A stretch of 64,000 bases of DNA, taken from Eledone cirrhosa. Its lineage: Eukaryota. Within the stretch, counting starts at the first letter, position 1, and every line of letters starts with the position of its first letter. This document shows positions 26,320-40,015 of this stretch, piece after piece. Location of the stretch: assembly GCA_964016885.1 (NCBI GenBank), contig OZ024742.1:32116001-32180000 (forward strand), in the 5' to 3' direction. The notes beneath the pieces were generated by a model that did no database searches, was not told the DNA's origin, and saw only the letters and a program-made list of their open reading frames with translations. The position numbers were made by a program, and so were the translations under genes.

Positions 26320-29300
26320 GTGTGGTGTTGGTAGTGGTGTTGGTAGTGTTGGTGGTGGTGGTGCTGGTGTTGGTAGTGGTGTTGGTGTTGTTGGCGATGG
26401 TGCTGGTGTTGGTGGTGTTGGCGGTGGTGGTGGTGTTGGTGGTGTTGTTGGTGTTGTTGGTGTTGTTGGTGTTGTTGGTGTTGTTGGTGTTGTTGTGTTG
26501 TTGGTGTTGTTGTTGTTGGTGGTGTTGTTGGTGTTGTTGGTGTTGATGGTGTTGTGTTGTTGTGTTGTTGGTTTTGTTGTGTTGTTGGTGTTGGTGTTGT
26601 TGTTGGTGTTGTTGGTGTTGGTGTTGTTGGTGTTGTTGGTGTTGTTGGTGTTGTTGTGTTGTTGGTGTCGTTGGTGTTGTTGTGTTGTTGGTGTTGTTGT
26701 TGGTGTTGTTGGTGTTGTTGGTGTCGTTGGTGTTGTTGTGTTGTTGGTGTTGTTGGTGTTGTTGGTGTTGGTGTGTTGTTGGTGTTGGTGTTGTTTGTGT
26801 TGTTGGTGTTGTTTGTGTTGTTGGTGTTGTGTTGTTGGTGTTGTTGGTGTTGTTGTGGTGTTGTTGGTGTTGTTGGTGTTGTTGTGTTGTTGGTGTTGTT
26901 TGTGTTGTTGTGTTGTTGGTGTTGTTGGTGTTGTGTTGTTGGTGTTGTTGGTGTTGTTGGTGTTGTTGTGTTGTTGGTGTTGTTGGTGTTGTTGGTGTTG
27001 TTGTTGTTGGTGTTGTTGGTGTTGTTGGTGTTGTTGTTGTTGGTGTTGTTGGTGTTGTTGGTGTTGTTGGTGTTGGTGTTGTTGGTGTTGTTGGTGTTGT
27101 TGGTGTTGTTGGTGTTGTTGTGTTGTTGGTGTTGTTGTTGTTGGTGTTGTTGGTGTTGTTGGTGTTGTTGGTGTTGTTGGTGTTGTTGGTGTTGGTGTTG
27201 TTGGTGTTGTTGTGTTGTTGGTGTTGTTGGTGTTGTTGGTGTTGTTGTGTTGTTGGTGTTGTTGGTATTGTGTTGTTGGTGTTGTTGTGTTGTTGGTGTT
27301 GTTGTGTTGTTGGTGTTGTTGGTGTTGTTGTGTTGTTCGTGTTGTTGTTGTTGTTGGTGTTGTGTTGTTGGTGATGTTGGTGTTGTTGGTGTTGTGTTGT
27401 TGGTGTTGTTGGTGTTGTGTTGTTGTTGGTGTTGTTGGTTTTGTATTGTTGGTGCTGTTGGTGTTGTTGGTGTTGTTGGTGTTGTGTTGTTGGTGTTTTT
27501 GGTGTTGTGTTGTTGGTGTTGTTGGTGTTGTTGGTGTTGTTGGTTTTGTGTTGTTGGTGTTGTGTTGTTGTGTTGTTGGTATTGTTGGTGTTGTTGGTGT
27601 TGTTGGTGTTGTTGGTGTTGTGTTGTTGGTGTTGTTGTGTTGTTTGTGTTGGTGTTGTTGGTGTTGTTGGTGTTGTTGGTGTTGGTGTTGTTGGTGTTGG
27701 TTGGTGTTGTAGGTGTTGTGTTGTTGGTGTTGTTGGTGTTGTGTTGTTGTGTTGTTGGTGTTGTTGTGTTGTTGGTGTTGGTGTTGTTGGTGTTGTTGGT
27801 GTTGTTGTGTTGTTGGTGTTGTTGTTGTTGGTGTTGTTGGTGTTGTTGGTGTTGTTGGTGTTGTTGTGTTGTTGGTGTTGTTGTTGTTGGTGTTGTTGGT
27901 GTTGTTGGTGTTGTTGGTGTTGTTGGTGATGGTGTTGTTGGTGTTGTTGTGTTGTTGGTGTTGTTGGTGTTGTTGGTGTTGTTGTGTTGTTGGTGTTGTT
28001 GGTATTGTGTTGTTGGTGTTGTTGTGTTGTTGGTGTTGTTGTGTTGTTGGTGTTGTTGGTGTTGTTGTGTTGTTCGTGTTGTTGTTGTTGTTGGTGTTGT
28101 GTTGTTGGTGATGTTGGTGTTGTTGGTGTTGTGTTGTTGGTGTTGTTGGTGTTGTTGGTGTTGTTGGTGTTGTTGTGTTATTGGTGTTGGTGTTGTTGGT
28201 GTTGTTGGTGTTGTTGTGTTGTTGGTGTTGCTGGTGTTGTTGTGTTGTTGGTGTTGTTGGTGTTGTGTTGTTGTTGGTGTTGTTAGTGTTGTTGGTGTTG
28301 TGTTGTTGTGTTGTTGATGTTCTTAGTGTTGTGTTTTTGGTGTTGTTGGTGTCGTTGTGTTGTTGGTGTTGGTGTTGTTGGTGTTGTTGGTGTTGTGTTG
28401 TTGTGTTGTTGTGTTGTTGGTGTTGTTGGTGTTGTGTTGTTGGTGTTGTTGGTGTCGTTGTGTTGTTGGTGTTGGTGTTGTTGGTGTTGTTGTGTTGTTG
28501 GTGTTGTTGGTGTTGTGTTGTTGGTGTTGTTGGTGTTGTTGGTGTTGTTGTGTTATTGGTGTTGGTGTTGTTGGTGTTGTTGGTGTTGTTGGTGTTGTTG
28601 TGTTGTTGGTGTTGCTGGTGTTGTTGTGTTGTTGGTGTTGTTGGTGTTGTGTTGTTGTTGGTGTTGTTGGTGTTGTTGGTGTTGTGTTGTTGTGTTGTTG
28701 ATGTTCTTAGTGTTGTGTTTTTGGTGTTGTTGGTGTCGTTGTGTTGTTGGTGTTGGTGTTGTTGGTGTTGTTGGTGTTGTGTTGTTGGTGTTGTTGTGTT
28801 GTTTGTGTTGGTGTTGTTGGTGTTGTTGGTGTTGTTGGTGTTGGTGTTGTTGGTGTTGGTTGGTGTTGTAGGTGTTGTGTTGTTGGTGTTGTTGGTGTTG
28901 TGTTGTTGTGTTGTTGGTGTTGTTGTGTTGTTGGTGTTGGTGTTGTTGGTGTTGTTGGTATTGTTGTGTTGTTGGTGTTGTTGGTGTTGTTGTGATGTTG
29001 GTGTTGTTGGTGTTGTTGGTGTTGTTGTGTTATTGGTGTTGGTGTTGTTGGTGTTGTTGGTGTTGTTGTGTTGTTGGTGTTGCTGGTGTTGTTGTGTTGT
29101 TGGTGTTGTTGGTGTTGTGTTGTTGTTGGTGTTGTTAGTGTTGTTGGTGTTGTGTTGTTGTGTTGTTGATGTTCTTAGTGTTGTGTTTTTGGTGTTGTTG
29201 GTGTCGTTGTGTTGTTGGTGTTGGTGTTGTTGGTGTTGTTGGTGTTGTGTTGTTGTGTTGTTGTGTTGTTGGTGTTGTTGGTGTTGTGTTGTTGGTGTTG

Positions 29301-32300
29301 TTGGTGTCGTTGTGTTGTTGGTGTTGGTGTTGTTGGTGTTGTTGTGTTGTTGGTGTTGTTGGTGTTGTGTTGTTGGTGTTGTTGGTGTTGTTGGTGTTAT
29401 GTTGTTGGTGTTGTTGGTGTTCTTGGTGTTCTTGGTGGTGTGTTGTTGTGTTGTTGGTATTGTTGTGTTGTTGGTGTTGGTGTTGGTGTTGTTGGTGTTG
29501 TTGGTGTTGTTGGTGTTGTTGTGTTGTTGGTGTTGTTGGTGTTGTTGTGTTGTTGGTGTTGTGTTGTTGTTGGTGTTGTTGTTGTTGTTGATGTTGTTGG
29601 TGTGGTATTGTTGTTGGTGTTGTGTTGTTGGTGTTGTTGGTGTCGTTGGTGTTGCTGGTGTTGTGTTGTTGGTGTTGTCGGTGTTGTGTTGTTGGTGTTG
29701 TTGGTGTTGTTGGTGTTGTTGGTGTTGTTGTGTTGTTGGTGTTGTTGGTGTTGTTGGTGTTGTGTTGTTGGTGTTGTTGGTGTTGTTGGTGTTGTGTTGT
29801 TGGTGTTGTTGGTGCTGTGTTGTTGTTGGTGTTGTTGGTTTTGTATTGTTGGTGCTGTTGGTGTTGTTGGTGTTGTTGGTGTTGTTGTTGGTGGTGTTGT
29901 TGGTGTTGTTGGTTTTGTGTTGTTGTTGGTGTTGTTGGTGTTGTTGTTGTTGGTGTTGTTGGTGTTGTTGGTGTTGTGTTGTTGGTGTTGTGTTGTTGTG
30001 TTGTTGGTGTTGTTGGTGTTGTTGGTGTTGTCGGTGTTGGTGTTGTTGGTGTTGGTTGGTGTTGTAGGTGTTGTGTTGTTGGTGTTGTTGGTGTTGTTGG
30101 TGTTGTTGTTGTTGTTGTTGGTGTTGTTGGTGTTATTGGTGTTGTGTTTTTGTTGTTGGTGTTGTTGCTGTTGTTGGTGTTGGTGTTGTTGTTGTTGTTG
30201 TTGTTGGTGTTGGTGTTGTGTTGTTGTTGGTATTGTTGGTGTTGTTGGTGTTGTTGCAGTTGTTGGTGATGTGTTGTTGTTGGTGGTGTTGTTGGTGTTG
30301 TTGGTGTTGTTGGTGTTGTGTTGTAGGTGTTGTTGGTGTTGTTGGTGTTGTTGGAGTTGTTGGTGTTGTGTTGTTGTTGTTGGTGTTGTTGGTGTTGTTG
30401 GTGTTGTGTTGGTGTTGTTGGTGTTATTGGTGTTGTTGGAGTTGTTGGTGTTTTGTTTTTGTTGTTGGTGTTGTTGGTGTTGTTGTTGTTGGTGGTGGTG
30501 TTGTTGGTGTTGTGTTGTTGTTGGTGTTGTTGGTGTTGTTGGTGTTGTTGGAGTTGTTGGTGATGTGTTGGTGTTGTTGTTGTTGTTGGTGTTGTTGGTG
30601 TTGTTGGTGTTGTGTTGTTGTTGTTGGTGTTGTTGGTGTTATTGGTGTTGTGTTTTTGTTGTTGGTGTTGTTGTTGTTGTTGGTGTTGTTGGTGTTATTG
30701 GTGTTGTGTTTTTGTTGTTGGTGTTGTTGCTGTTGTTGGTGTTGGTGTTGTTGTTGGTGTTGTTGTTGTTGTTGGTGTTGGTGTTGTGTTGTTGTTGGTA
30801 TTGTTGGTGTTGTTGGTGTTGTTGCAGTTGTTGGTGATGTGTTGTTGTTGGTGGTGTTGTTGGTGTTGTTGGTGTTATTGGTGTTGTGTTTTTGTTGTTG
30901 GTGTTGTTGCTGTTGTTGGTGTTGGTGTTGTTGTTGTTGTTGTTGTTGTTGTTGGTGTTGGTGTTGTGTTGTTGTTGGAGTTGTTGGTGTTGTGTTGTTG
31001 TTGTTGGTGTTGTTGGTGTTGTTGGTGTTGTGTTGGTGTTGTTGGTGTTATTGGTGTTGTTGGAGTTGTTGGTGTTGTTGTGTTGTTGGTGTTGTTGTTG
31101 TTGGTGTTGTTGGTGTTGTTGGTGTTGTTGGTGTTGTTGTGTTGTTGATGTTGTTGTTGTTGGTGTTGTTGGTGTTGTTGGTGTTGTTGGTGTTGTTGGT
31201 GTTGGTGTTGTTGGTGTTGTTGTGTTGTTGGTGTTGTTGGTGTTGTTGGTGTTGTTGTGTTGTTGGTGTTGTTGGTATTGTGTTGTTGGTGTTGTTGTGT
31301 TGTTGGTGTTGTTGTGTTGTTGGTGTTGTTGGTGTTGTTGTGTTGTTCGTGTTGTTGTTGTTGTTGGTGTTGTGTTGTTGGTGATGTTGGTGTTGTTGGT
31401 GTTGTGTTGTTGGTGTTGTTGGTGTTGTTGGTGTTGTTGGTGTTGTTGGTGTTGTTGTGTTATTGGTGTTGGTGTTGTTGGTGTTGTTGGTGTTGTTGTG
31501 TTGTTGGTGTTGCTGGTGTTGTTGTGTTGTTGGTGTTGTTGGTGTTGTGTTGTTGTTGGTGTTGTTAGTGTTGTTGGTGTTGTGTTGTTGTGTTGTTGAT
31601 GTTCTTAGTGTTGTGTTTTTGGTGTTGTTGGTGTCGTTGTGTTGTTGGTGTTGGTGTTGTTGGTGTTGTTGGTGTTGTGTTGTTGTGTTGTTGTGTTGTT
31701 GGTGTTGTTGGTGTTGTGTTGTTGGTGTTGTTGGTGTCGTTGTGTTGTTGATGTTGGTGTTGTTGGTGTTGTTGTGTTGTTGGTGTTGTTGGTGTTGTGT
31801 TGTTGGTGTTGTTGGTGTTGTTGGTGTTGTTGTGTTATTGGTGTTGGTGTTGTTGGTGTTGTTGGTGTTGTTGGTGTTGTTGTGTTGTTGGTGTTGCTGG
31901 TGTTGTTGTGTTGTTGGTGTTGTTGGTGTTGTGTTGTTGTTGGTGTTGTTGGTGTTGTTGGTGTTGTGTTGTTGTGTTGTTGATGTTCTTAGTGTTGTGT
32001 TTTTGGTGTTGTTGGTGTCGTTGTGTTGTTGGTGTTGGTGTTGTTGGTGTTGTTGGTGTTGTGTTGTTGGTGTTGTTGTGTTGTTTGTGTTGGTGTTGTT
32101 GGTGTTGTTGGTATTGTTGGTGTTGGTGTTGTTGGTGTTGGTTGGTGTTGTAGGTGTTGTGTTGTTGGTGTTGTTGGTGTTGTGTTGTTGTGTTGTTGGT
32201 GTTGTTGTGTTGTTGGTGTTGGTGTTGTTGGTGTTGTTGGTATTGTTGTGTTGTTGGTGTTGTTGGTGTTGTTGTGATGTTGGTGTTGTTGGTGTTGTTG

Positions 32301-35300
32301 GTGTTGTTGTGTTATTGGTGTTGGTGTTGTTGGTGTTGTTGGTGTTGTTGTGTTGTTGGTGTTGCTGGTGTTGTTGTGTTGTTGGTGTTGTTGGTGTTGT
32401 GTTGTTGTTGGTGTTGTTAGTGTTGTTGGTGTTGTGTTGTTGTGTTGTTGATGTTCTTAGTGTTGTGTTTTTGGTGTTGTTGGTGTCGTTGTGTTGTTGG
32501 TGTTGGTGTTGTTGGTGTTGTTGGTGTTGTGTTGTTGTGTTGTTGTGTTGTTGGTGTTGTTGGTGTTGTGTTGTTGGTGTTGTTGGTGTCGTTGTGTTGT
32601 TGGTGTTGGTGTTGTTGGTGTTGTTGTGTTGTTGGTGTTGTTGGTGTTGTGTTGTTGGTGTTGTTGGTGTTGTTGGTGTTATGTTGTTGGTGTTCTTGGT
32701 GTTCTTGGTGTTCTTGGTGGTGTGTTGTTGTGCTGTTGGTATTGTTGTGTTGTTGGTGTTGGTGTTGGTGTTGTTGGTGTTGTTGGTGTTGTTGGTGTTG
32801 TTGTGTTGTTGGTGTTGTTGGTGTTGTTGTGTTGTTGGTGTTGTGTTGTTGTTGGTGTTGTTGTTGTTGTTGATGTTGTTGGTGTGGTATTGTTGTTGGT
32901 GTTGTGTTGTTGGTGTTGTTGGTGTCGTTGGTGTTGTTGGTGTTGTGTTGTTGGTGTTGTCGGTGTTGTTGGTGTTGTTGGTGTTGTTGTGTTGTTGGTG
33001 TTGTTGGTGTTGTTGGTGTTGTGTTGTTGGTGTTGTTGGTGTTGTTGGTGTTGTGTTGTTGGTGTTGTTGGTGCTGTGTTGTTGTTGGTGTTGTTGGTTT
33101 TGTATTGTTGGTGCTGTTGGTGTTGTTGGTGTTGTTGGTGTTGTTGTTGGTGGTGTTGTTGGTGTTGTTGGTTTTGTGTTGTTGTTGGTGTTGTTGGTGT
33201 TGTTGTTGTTGGTGTTGTTGGTGTTGTTGGTGTTGTGTTGTTGGTGTTGTGTTGTTGTGTTGTTGGTGTTGTTGGTGTTGTTGGTGTTGTCGGTGTTGGT
33301 GTTGTTGGTGTTGGTTGGTGTTGTAGGTGTTGTGTTGTTGGTGTTGTTGGTGTTGTTGGTGTTGTTGTTGTTGTTGGTGTTGTTGGTGTTATTGGTGTTG
33401 TGTTTTTGTTGTTGGTGTTGTTGCTGTTGTTGGTGTTGGTGTTGTTGTTGTTGTTGTTGTTGGTGTTGGTGTTGTGTTGTTGTTGGTATTGTTGGTGTTG
33501 TTGGTGTTGTTGCAGTTGTTGGTGATGTGTTGTTGTTGGTGGTGTTGTTGGTGTTGTTGGTGTTGTTGGTGTTGTGTTGTAGGTGTTGTTGGTGTTGTTG
33601 GTGTTGTTGGAGTTGTTGGTGTTGTGTTGTTGTTGTTGGTGTTGTTGGTGTTGTTGGTGTTGTGTTGGTGTTGTTGGTGTTATTGGTGTTGTTGGAGTTG
33701 TTGGTGTTTTGTTTTTGTTGTTGGTGTTGTTGGTGTTGTTGTTGGTGGTGGTGGTGTTGTTGGTGTTGTGTTGTTGTTGGTGTTGTTGGTGTTGTTGGTG
33801 TTGTTGGAGTTGTTGGTGATGTGTTGGTGTTGTTGTTGTTGTTGGTGTTGTTGGTGTTGTTGGTGTTGTGTTGTTGTTGTTGGTGTTGTTGGTGTTATTG
33901 GTGTTGTGTTTTTGTTGTTGGTGTTGTTGTTGTTGTTGGTGTTGTTGGTGTTATTGGTGTTGTGTTTTTGTTGTTGGTGTTGTTGCTGTTGTTGGTGTTG
34001 GTGTTGTTGTTGTTGTTGTTGTTGGTGGTGTTGGTGTTGTGTTGTTGTTGGTATTGTTGGTGTTGTTGGTGTTGTTGCAGTTGTTGGTGATGTGTTGTTG
34101 TTGGTGGTGTTGTTGGTGTTGTTGGTGTTCTTGGTGTTGTGTTGTTGGTGTTGTTGGTGTTGTTGGTGTTGTTGGAGTTGTTGGTGTTGTGTTGTTGTTG
34201 TTGGTGTTGTTGGTGTTGTTGGTGTTGTGTTGGTGTTGTTGGTGTTATTGGTGTTGTTGGAGTTGTTGGTGTTTTGTTTTTGTTGTTGGTGTTGTTGGTG
34301 TTGTTGTTGTTGGTGGTGGTGTTGTTGGTGTTGTGTTGTTGTTGGTGTTGTTGGTGTTGTTGGTGTTGTTGGAGTTGTTGGTGATGTGTTGGTGTTGTTG
34401 GTGTTGTTGGTGTTGTTGGTGTTGTTGGTGTTGTGTTGTTGTTGGTGTTGTGTTGTTGGTGTTGTTGGAGTTGTTGGTGGTGTGTTGTTGTTGTTGGGGT
34501 TGTTGGTGTTTTTGGTGTTGTTGGTGGTGGTGTTGTTGGTGTTGTGTTGTTGTTGGTGTTGTTGGTGTTGTGTTGTTGGTGTTGTTGGTGTTTTGTTGTT
34601 GGTGTTGTTGGTGTTGTTGGTGTTGTTGGTGTTGTTGGTGTTGTGTTGTTATTGCTGGTGTTGTTGGTGTTCTTGTTGTTGGTGTTGTTGGTGTTGTTGT
34701 TGTTGGTGTTGTTGGTGTTGTTGGTGTTGTTGGTGTTGTTGGTGTTGTGTTGTTGTTGTTGGTGTTGATGGTGTTGTTGGTGTTGTTGGTGTTGTGTTGT
34801 TGTTGTTGGTGTTGTTGTTGTTGTTGGTGTTGTTGGTGGTGTGTTGTTGTTGTTGGTGTTGTTGGTGTTGTTGGTGTTGTTGGTGTTGTTGCTGTTGTGT
34901 TATTGTTGGTGTTGTTGGTGTTGTGTTGTTGGTGTTGTTGTTGTTGTTGGTGTTGTTGGTGTTGTGTTGTTAGTGTTGTTGGTGTTGTGTTGTTGGTGTT
35001 GTTGGTGTTGTTGGTGTTGTTGGTGTTGTTGGTTTTGTGTTGTTGGTGTTGTGTTGTTGGTGTTGTTGGTGTTGTTGGTGTTGTTGGTGTTGTTGGTGTT
35101 GTGTTGTTGGTGTTGTTGATGTTGTGTTGTTGGTGTTGTTGGTGTTGGTGTTGTTGGTGTTGTTGATGTTGTGTTGTTGGTGTTGTGTTGTTGGTGTTGT
35201 TGGTGTTGGTGTTGTTGGTGTTGTTGGTGTTGTTGGTGTTGTTGTGTTGTTGATGTTGTGTTGTTGGTGTTGTTGGTGTTGTGTTGTTGTTGGTGATGTT

Positions 35301-35700
35301 GGTGTTGTTGGTGATGTTGGTGTTGTTGGTTTTGTGTTGTTGGTGTGTTGTTGTTGGTGGTGGTGGTGGTGTTGGTGTTGTGTTGTTGTTGTTGTTGGTG
35401 ATGTTGTTGTTGATGTTGTGTTGTTGTTGTTGGTGGTGGTGGTGGTGGTGGAGGTGTTCTTTCTGTTGGCGGTGATGTTGTTGGTAGGGGCGATGTTATT
35501 GGTTTTGTGGTTGTGTTGGAGGCGGTGCCACTTATATTAATGTTGACGATGTTGGTGATGTGGTGCGGTGTGGTGTTGTTAGTAAGGGCGATGTTGTTGG
35601 TGTTGTCGTTGGTGTTTTGGTTTTGGTGCTGCTGTTGGCTATGGTGTTGTGTGTAGTATCGTCAGTAGTGTTGCTGTTGTCGTTGTTGTTGTTGTTGTTA
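26320..35700. repeat. (GTT/GGT/GT) low-complexity satellite with ~3.28-kb higher-order duplication
   Basis: Near-identical ORF-track strings offset by 3282 bp (28175/31457, 28357/31639, 29160/32442). Confidence 0.95.
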
Positions 35701-35814
35701 TATAGTGCCGACAAGGGTAGAGATGACATGATGTATTACTATTGAAATAATATCGACGAAAACTAAAAAAAACATAATAAACAATAAAAACAGCAAGTAC
35801 AACAAGAACAACAA

Positions 35815-36074
35815 TCACCTCCACCCCCACCACCACTACCACTACCACCACCACTACTACTATTACTACTACTACTACTGCCACTACTACTACTACTACC
35901 GCCATCACTACTACTACTACTGCCACCACCACCACCACCACCACCACCACCACCATCACCACCACCACCACCACCACCACCACCACCACCACCACCACCA
36001 CCACCACCACCACCACCACTACTACTACTACTACTACTTCTACTGCCACTACTACTACCACCACCACCACCACG

Positions 36075-36107
<33 letters not shown>

Positions 36108-36143
36108 GCCACCACCACCACCACCACTACCACCACCACCACG

Positions 36144-36179
<36 letters not shown>

Positions 36180-36335
36180 GCTGCCACCCCACCACCACCC
36201 CCGCCACTACTACCACCACCACGACTACTACTACTACTGCCACCACCACCACCACCACCACCGCCACCACCACTACCACGATTACTACTACTACTAAACT
36301 ACTACTATTACTACGACCGCCACCGCCACCACCAA
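35815..36335. repeat. (CAC/TAC)n compound microsatellite
   Basis: Direct inspection. Confidence 0.95.
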
Positions 36336-36974
36336 TGAAAATAAACAAGCAAAAGGAAAAGTATTTATGTAGATCACTATCGCAACTGTACAGGAACATA
36401 TGGCCGTGGGGCTGAGAGTCTGATAGAAACCAGAGAGGGGGAGTGGTGTGTAGTGATAGGAAGTGAAGGGGGTGATAGTGCGTGGGGGAGGGGAGGATAC
36501 AGTAAGTGAGGGGTGGGAGTGAGAGCGAGTGAAGGGAGAGTGATAGTTAGTGGGGGAGGAGGAAGGTGGGGGTATAGTAATTGAGGGGTGGGAGTGACAG
36601 TGAGAGGTGAGTGATAGTAAGTGAGGGAGGGAGAGAAGGGTTACAGTGAGTGATAGTAAAGTTATAAACTCAGGTTGGACTTGGGGAGGATAAAGTTGGA
36701 ACAGCTGAAGTTAGTGAAGCAACTTGAGGAATATCTGTTTCTTATATTCCATACATTTCATCTCTAAAGATAAGCGGAGTTTGTCAGGAATTGCCATAGT
36801 TGCCATAGTTCCACACCTAAATGACATTTATGGGAAAGGAAAATATCAACAACAACAATGATGTCTTTTATTTGTCACAAGGACATCTGATGGAGTGAGT
36901 ACAAAAACAAGTTACAACATGAAGGTGGAGAGTGGGATCTACATAGACATTGAGGACAAAATGGGTAACAAATA

Positions 36975-37195
36975 TACGAGGGTTCGCTGTAAAGTTCATA
37001 GGCTGACCAAGACACTCTCATGGAATGACCAAATGAGGTTTATCTTTCAACATAGTCCCTGGAAAGAAACAGCGCAGTTATTATACGAGGGTTCACTGTA
37101 AAGTTCATAGGCTGACCAAGATACTGTCATGGAATGACCAAATGAGGTTTATCTTTCAACATAGTCCCTGGAAAGAAACAACGCAGTTATTATAC
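36975..37195 (+). mobile_element. Tandemly duplicated (109-bp) mariner-like terminus
   Basis: TA|CGAGGG start at 36975 and 37084, typical of mariner TIRs. Confidence 0.6.
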
Positions 37196-37344
37196 AAACG
37201 TCCAAAATGTTAAGTTTTTAATCGAAACGGCAAATCAACCCACAGCATTCAGCATAAAAAAAAAACATCTACGAATTTTCGCCAACACAGTCTGCGGCCA
37301 ATTTCCTTACTTTGCACATATTACCCAATTATATCTTAATCATA

Positions 37345-37888
37345 CTAGCAGAAAACCACCCGAAGGGTGGTTTTCTGCTAATATGTATAGTGTGTATATT
37401 GATATTATACGCAAGTATATATGTATGTAGATATGATACATCAAATAAAATCGTAATTGACAATATACACAGAAATTGAACGAAGACTACGTTACACTGT
37501 CTTATGTAATCAGTAACGTAATCCATGATACATTAAAAAAGACTATATTATATATAAACTGCATTAGGAGAAAATTAGAGACAGAAAATTAGTATGTTTA
37601 TTTAAATGATCGCCACCGGAAGTGTTGATATCACACACTCTCTCTTTCTATATATATGGTAGTTGAAGTGGTGGTGGTGGCAACGATATACTGGAAGTGC
37701 AACTTTGAAAAGAAGTCAATTTTAAATTATTTATTTTTACGAAATTATTTTTGTTTACGAAATTTAGTAGATAAATTATGTAATATTCATTCATTATTTA
37801 TTCAAAGTAATCTAACTTATTTTACTAACGGGCTAAAAAAAAATAAACCGTACGCAGTCCCGCAGACCTACCTTTATTATAGTTTAGA
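37345..37888 (-). mobile_element. Non-autonomous Helitron
   Basis: Minus strand begins A|TCTAAACTATAATAAAG and ends in a 16-bp hairpin and CTAG|T; no TSD. Confidence 0.65.
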
Positions 37889-37999
37889 TTTCGTCGTCTT
37901 AAATTTTATTCGGCCACGAACGTTCATAGGCTTTGCACCTAGAAATCCCCCCCCCCCCCCCCAGCACAAAGTCTGGGAAAGGTTGTTTGTGAAGGACTA

Positions 38000-38235
38000 G
38001 CAGTTACCCATGTATACCCGTCTCCCCTCTCCACACCACCGATGTTATCCAAGGGAAAGACAAAGGCCGATACAGCTTGACACCAGTGACGTCAAAGCTC
38101 ATTTCTAGAGCTGTGTGAACTGAAGCAACGTAAAATAAAGTGTCTTGCTCAAGAACAATACTCACCACTTGGTCAGGGAATCGAACTCACAACCTGACTA
38201 GTGTAAGCCCAACGCTCTAACCACTAAGCCATACG
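38000..38235 (-). mobile_element. tRNA-derived SINE (family B)
   Basis: Minus strand TGGCTTAGTGG A-box and GAGTTCGATTCCC B-box, followed by ttcttgagcaagacactttat. Confidence 0.7.
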
Positions 38236-38530
38236 ACATCACAATTGAAGGAGCCTGGCTTGGTGGTTAAATCGTATATTACGTGAATAAATAATTTACT
38301 GATATGCCAGATACAAGATGAAATAATACATTATACTTATTTTAGTGGATAATTTACTGAATAATGGCGTCTCCCTCACCGTCCTCCGGGGAAACACCTT
38401 CTCTATTCTGTCCGCCGGGCCCGCGGGGTGGCCAGCTTGTAGGGCTCCATTTGTTCATAATAGTGAGAAATAGTGAGAGTGGGAGAGACCGAGGCAGTGA
38501 CAGTGGGAGTTGGGTTCTTATGTAGTCAGA

Positions 38531-38900
38531 CCTGGTGTCTATATATATATGTGTGTTTCACACACACACACTGGTGTATATATGTATATGTTTCACACAC
38601 ACACACACTGGTGTATATATGTATATGTTTCACACACACACACTGGTGTATATATGTATATGTTTCACACACACACACTGGTGTATATATGTATATGTTT
38701 CACACACACACACTGGTGTATGTATGTATATGTTTCACGCACACACACTGGTGTATATATGTATATGTTTCACACACACACACACACACTGGTGTATGTA
38801 TGTATATGTTTCTCACACACACACACACACACTGGTGTATGTATGTATATGTTTCTCACACACACACACACACTGGTGTATGTATATGTTCCACACACAC
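38531..38900. repeat. ~34-bp minisatellite (ctggtgtatatatgtatatgtttc(ac)n)
   Basis: About 10 units with variable (AC)n. Confidence 0.9.
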
Positions 38901-39301
38901 ACCATCAACAATCAGTGTGACTATATATGTATGTTGCTATTATATCTAAATGATTTATTACTATGTAAAAAATAAAAACCAAATTCTAATAGAACTATTA
39001 TTCATATATATCGATAAACATCAGTTGTTGCTATATTACCATGGGAATTCCAATCAAATTTCAAGCGCCATTTTAAATTCATATTGCTATTGATAGTATC
39101 ATAGGCCTTTATTTGATCTATTTCAAATCTTTGTATAATGCAGTCATCCACTATTTACAGCTAATAATGTGACGCCACATCAGTTGCCAAGAAGAGGAAG
39201 GGTCTGTTGGTATAAGGTCTTTGTAGATTTGTTTGAAGAAATGTATCTGCAATCCTCATAAAGTGGGTGTTATAAGCAAGTCAGCCTGACTTTAGTGTAA
39301 A

Positions 39302-39490
39302 TAATGGTTTCTGATTTAGGCAGAAAGCCAACAATTTTGGGGAGAAGAAAGTCAATTAAATAGACCCCAGTGCATTACTGGTACTTTATTTCATCGACCT
39401 CGTCAGAATGAAAGGCAAAGCTAACCTCGGCAAGATTTGAACTCAGAATGTAAAGAGGCGTAACCCTATGCCTCACAGCATATTGTGCTC
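39302..39490 (-). mobile_element. SINE (family A variant)
   Basis: Homologous to 24775-24975. Confidence 0.8.
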
Positions 39491-39782
39491 AACTCGAAAT
39501 TTTTGAATTTAATACCTGTATGTATAACGTTTCAATTTCAATTACTAGGGGCAAGCTAACTTTGTAATATGTAAAACTGAGGGTGGGGGTGGTGACTGTG
39601 TATTCTAATTCTTTTTGTGTATGAGCCCCCCGTCTAAATCCAGCCCTGGATATACTTTCTTAAGATGTCACGCAGTGGGAGCGAACCTGCGACCTCGTGA
39701 TTGCGAAGCGAACCTCCTAACCATGTCTCCCTCTACTGTAAAAGTGCAGTAATAAAACACTAAAAGAAAGTCTGTCTCGAGT

Positions 39783-40015
39783 TCGGAGGCTCATCTTTGC
39801 CAGTGTTTATCCCGGTTTCCGTGGCATGAAGCGACTGAGAGTACAAGGCTTTCCCCTGGACAAGACGCCAGTCGATCGCAAGGTTAAATCCCCAGCTAAT
39901 GCTGCTGGTACTCATTTTCAGCTCAAGAACACAACACGCAACCCAGCCCAGGAATCGAACCCATGACATTATGATCGTAAAGTCCAACACCCTTGCTACT
40001 AGACCACGTGCCTCT
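39783..40015 (-). mobile_element. tRNA-derived SINE with a V-domain-like body
   Basis: B-box GGTTCGATTCC. Body taaccttgcgatcgactggcgtcttgtccagggg...agtcgcttcatgccacggaaaccgg resembles the V-SINE core (from memory, not searched). Confidence 0.65.

Noticed and set aside
23193-36399. Long QPTN, GWLV and V/L/C/W ORFs
   Set aside because: Microsatellite artefacts that are open in several frames.
37346-37380. Rho-independent terminator
   Set aside because: Eukaryotic context; better explained as a Helitron 3' hairpin.
39668-39724. tRNA gene
   Set aside because: Only A/B-box remnants with no cloverleaf; SINE head.
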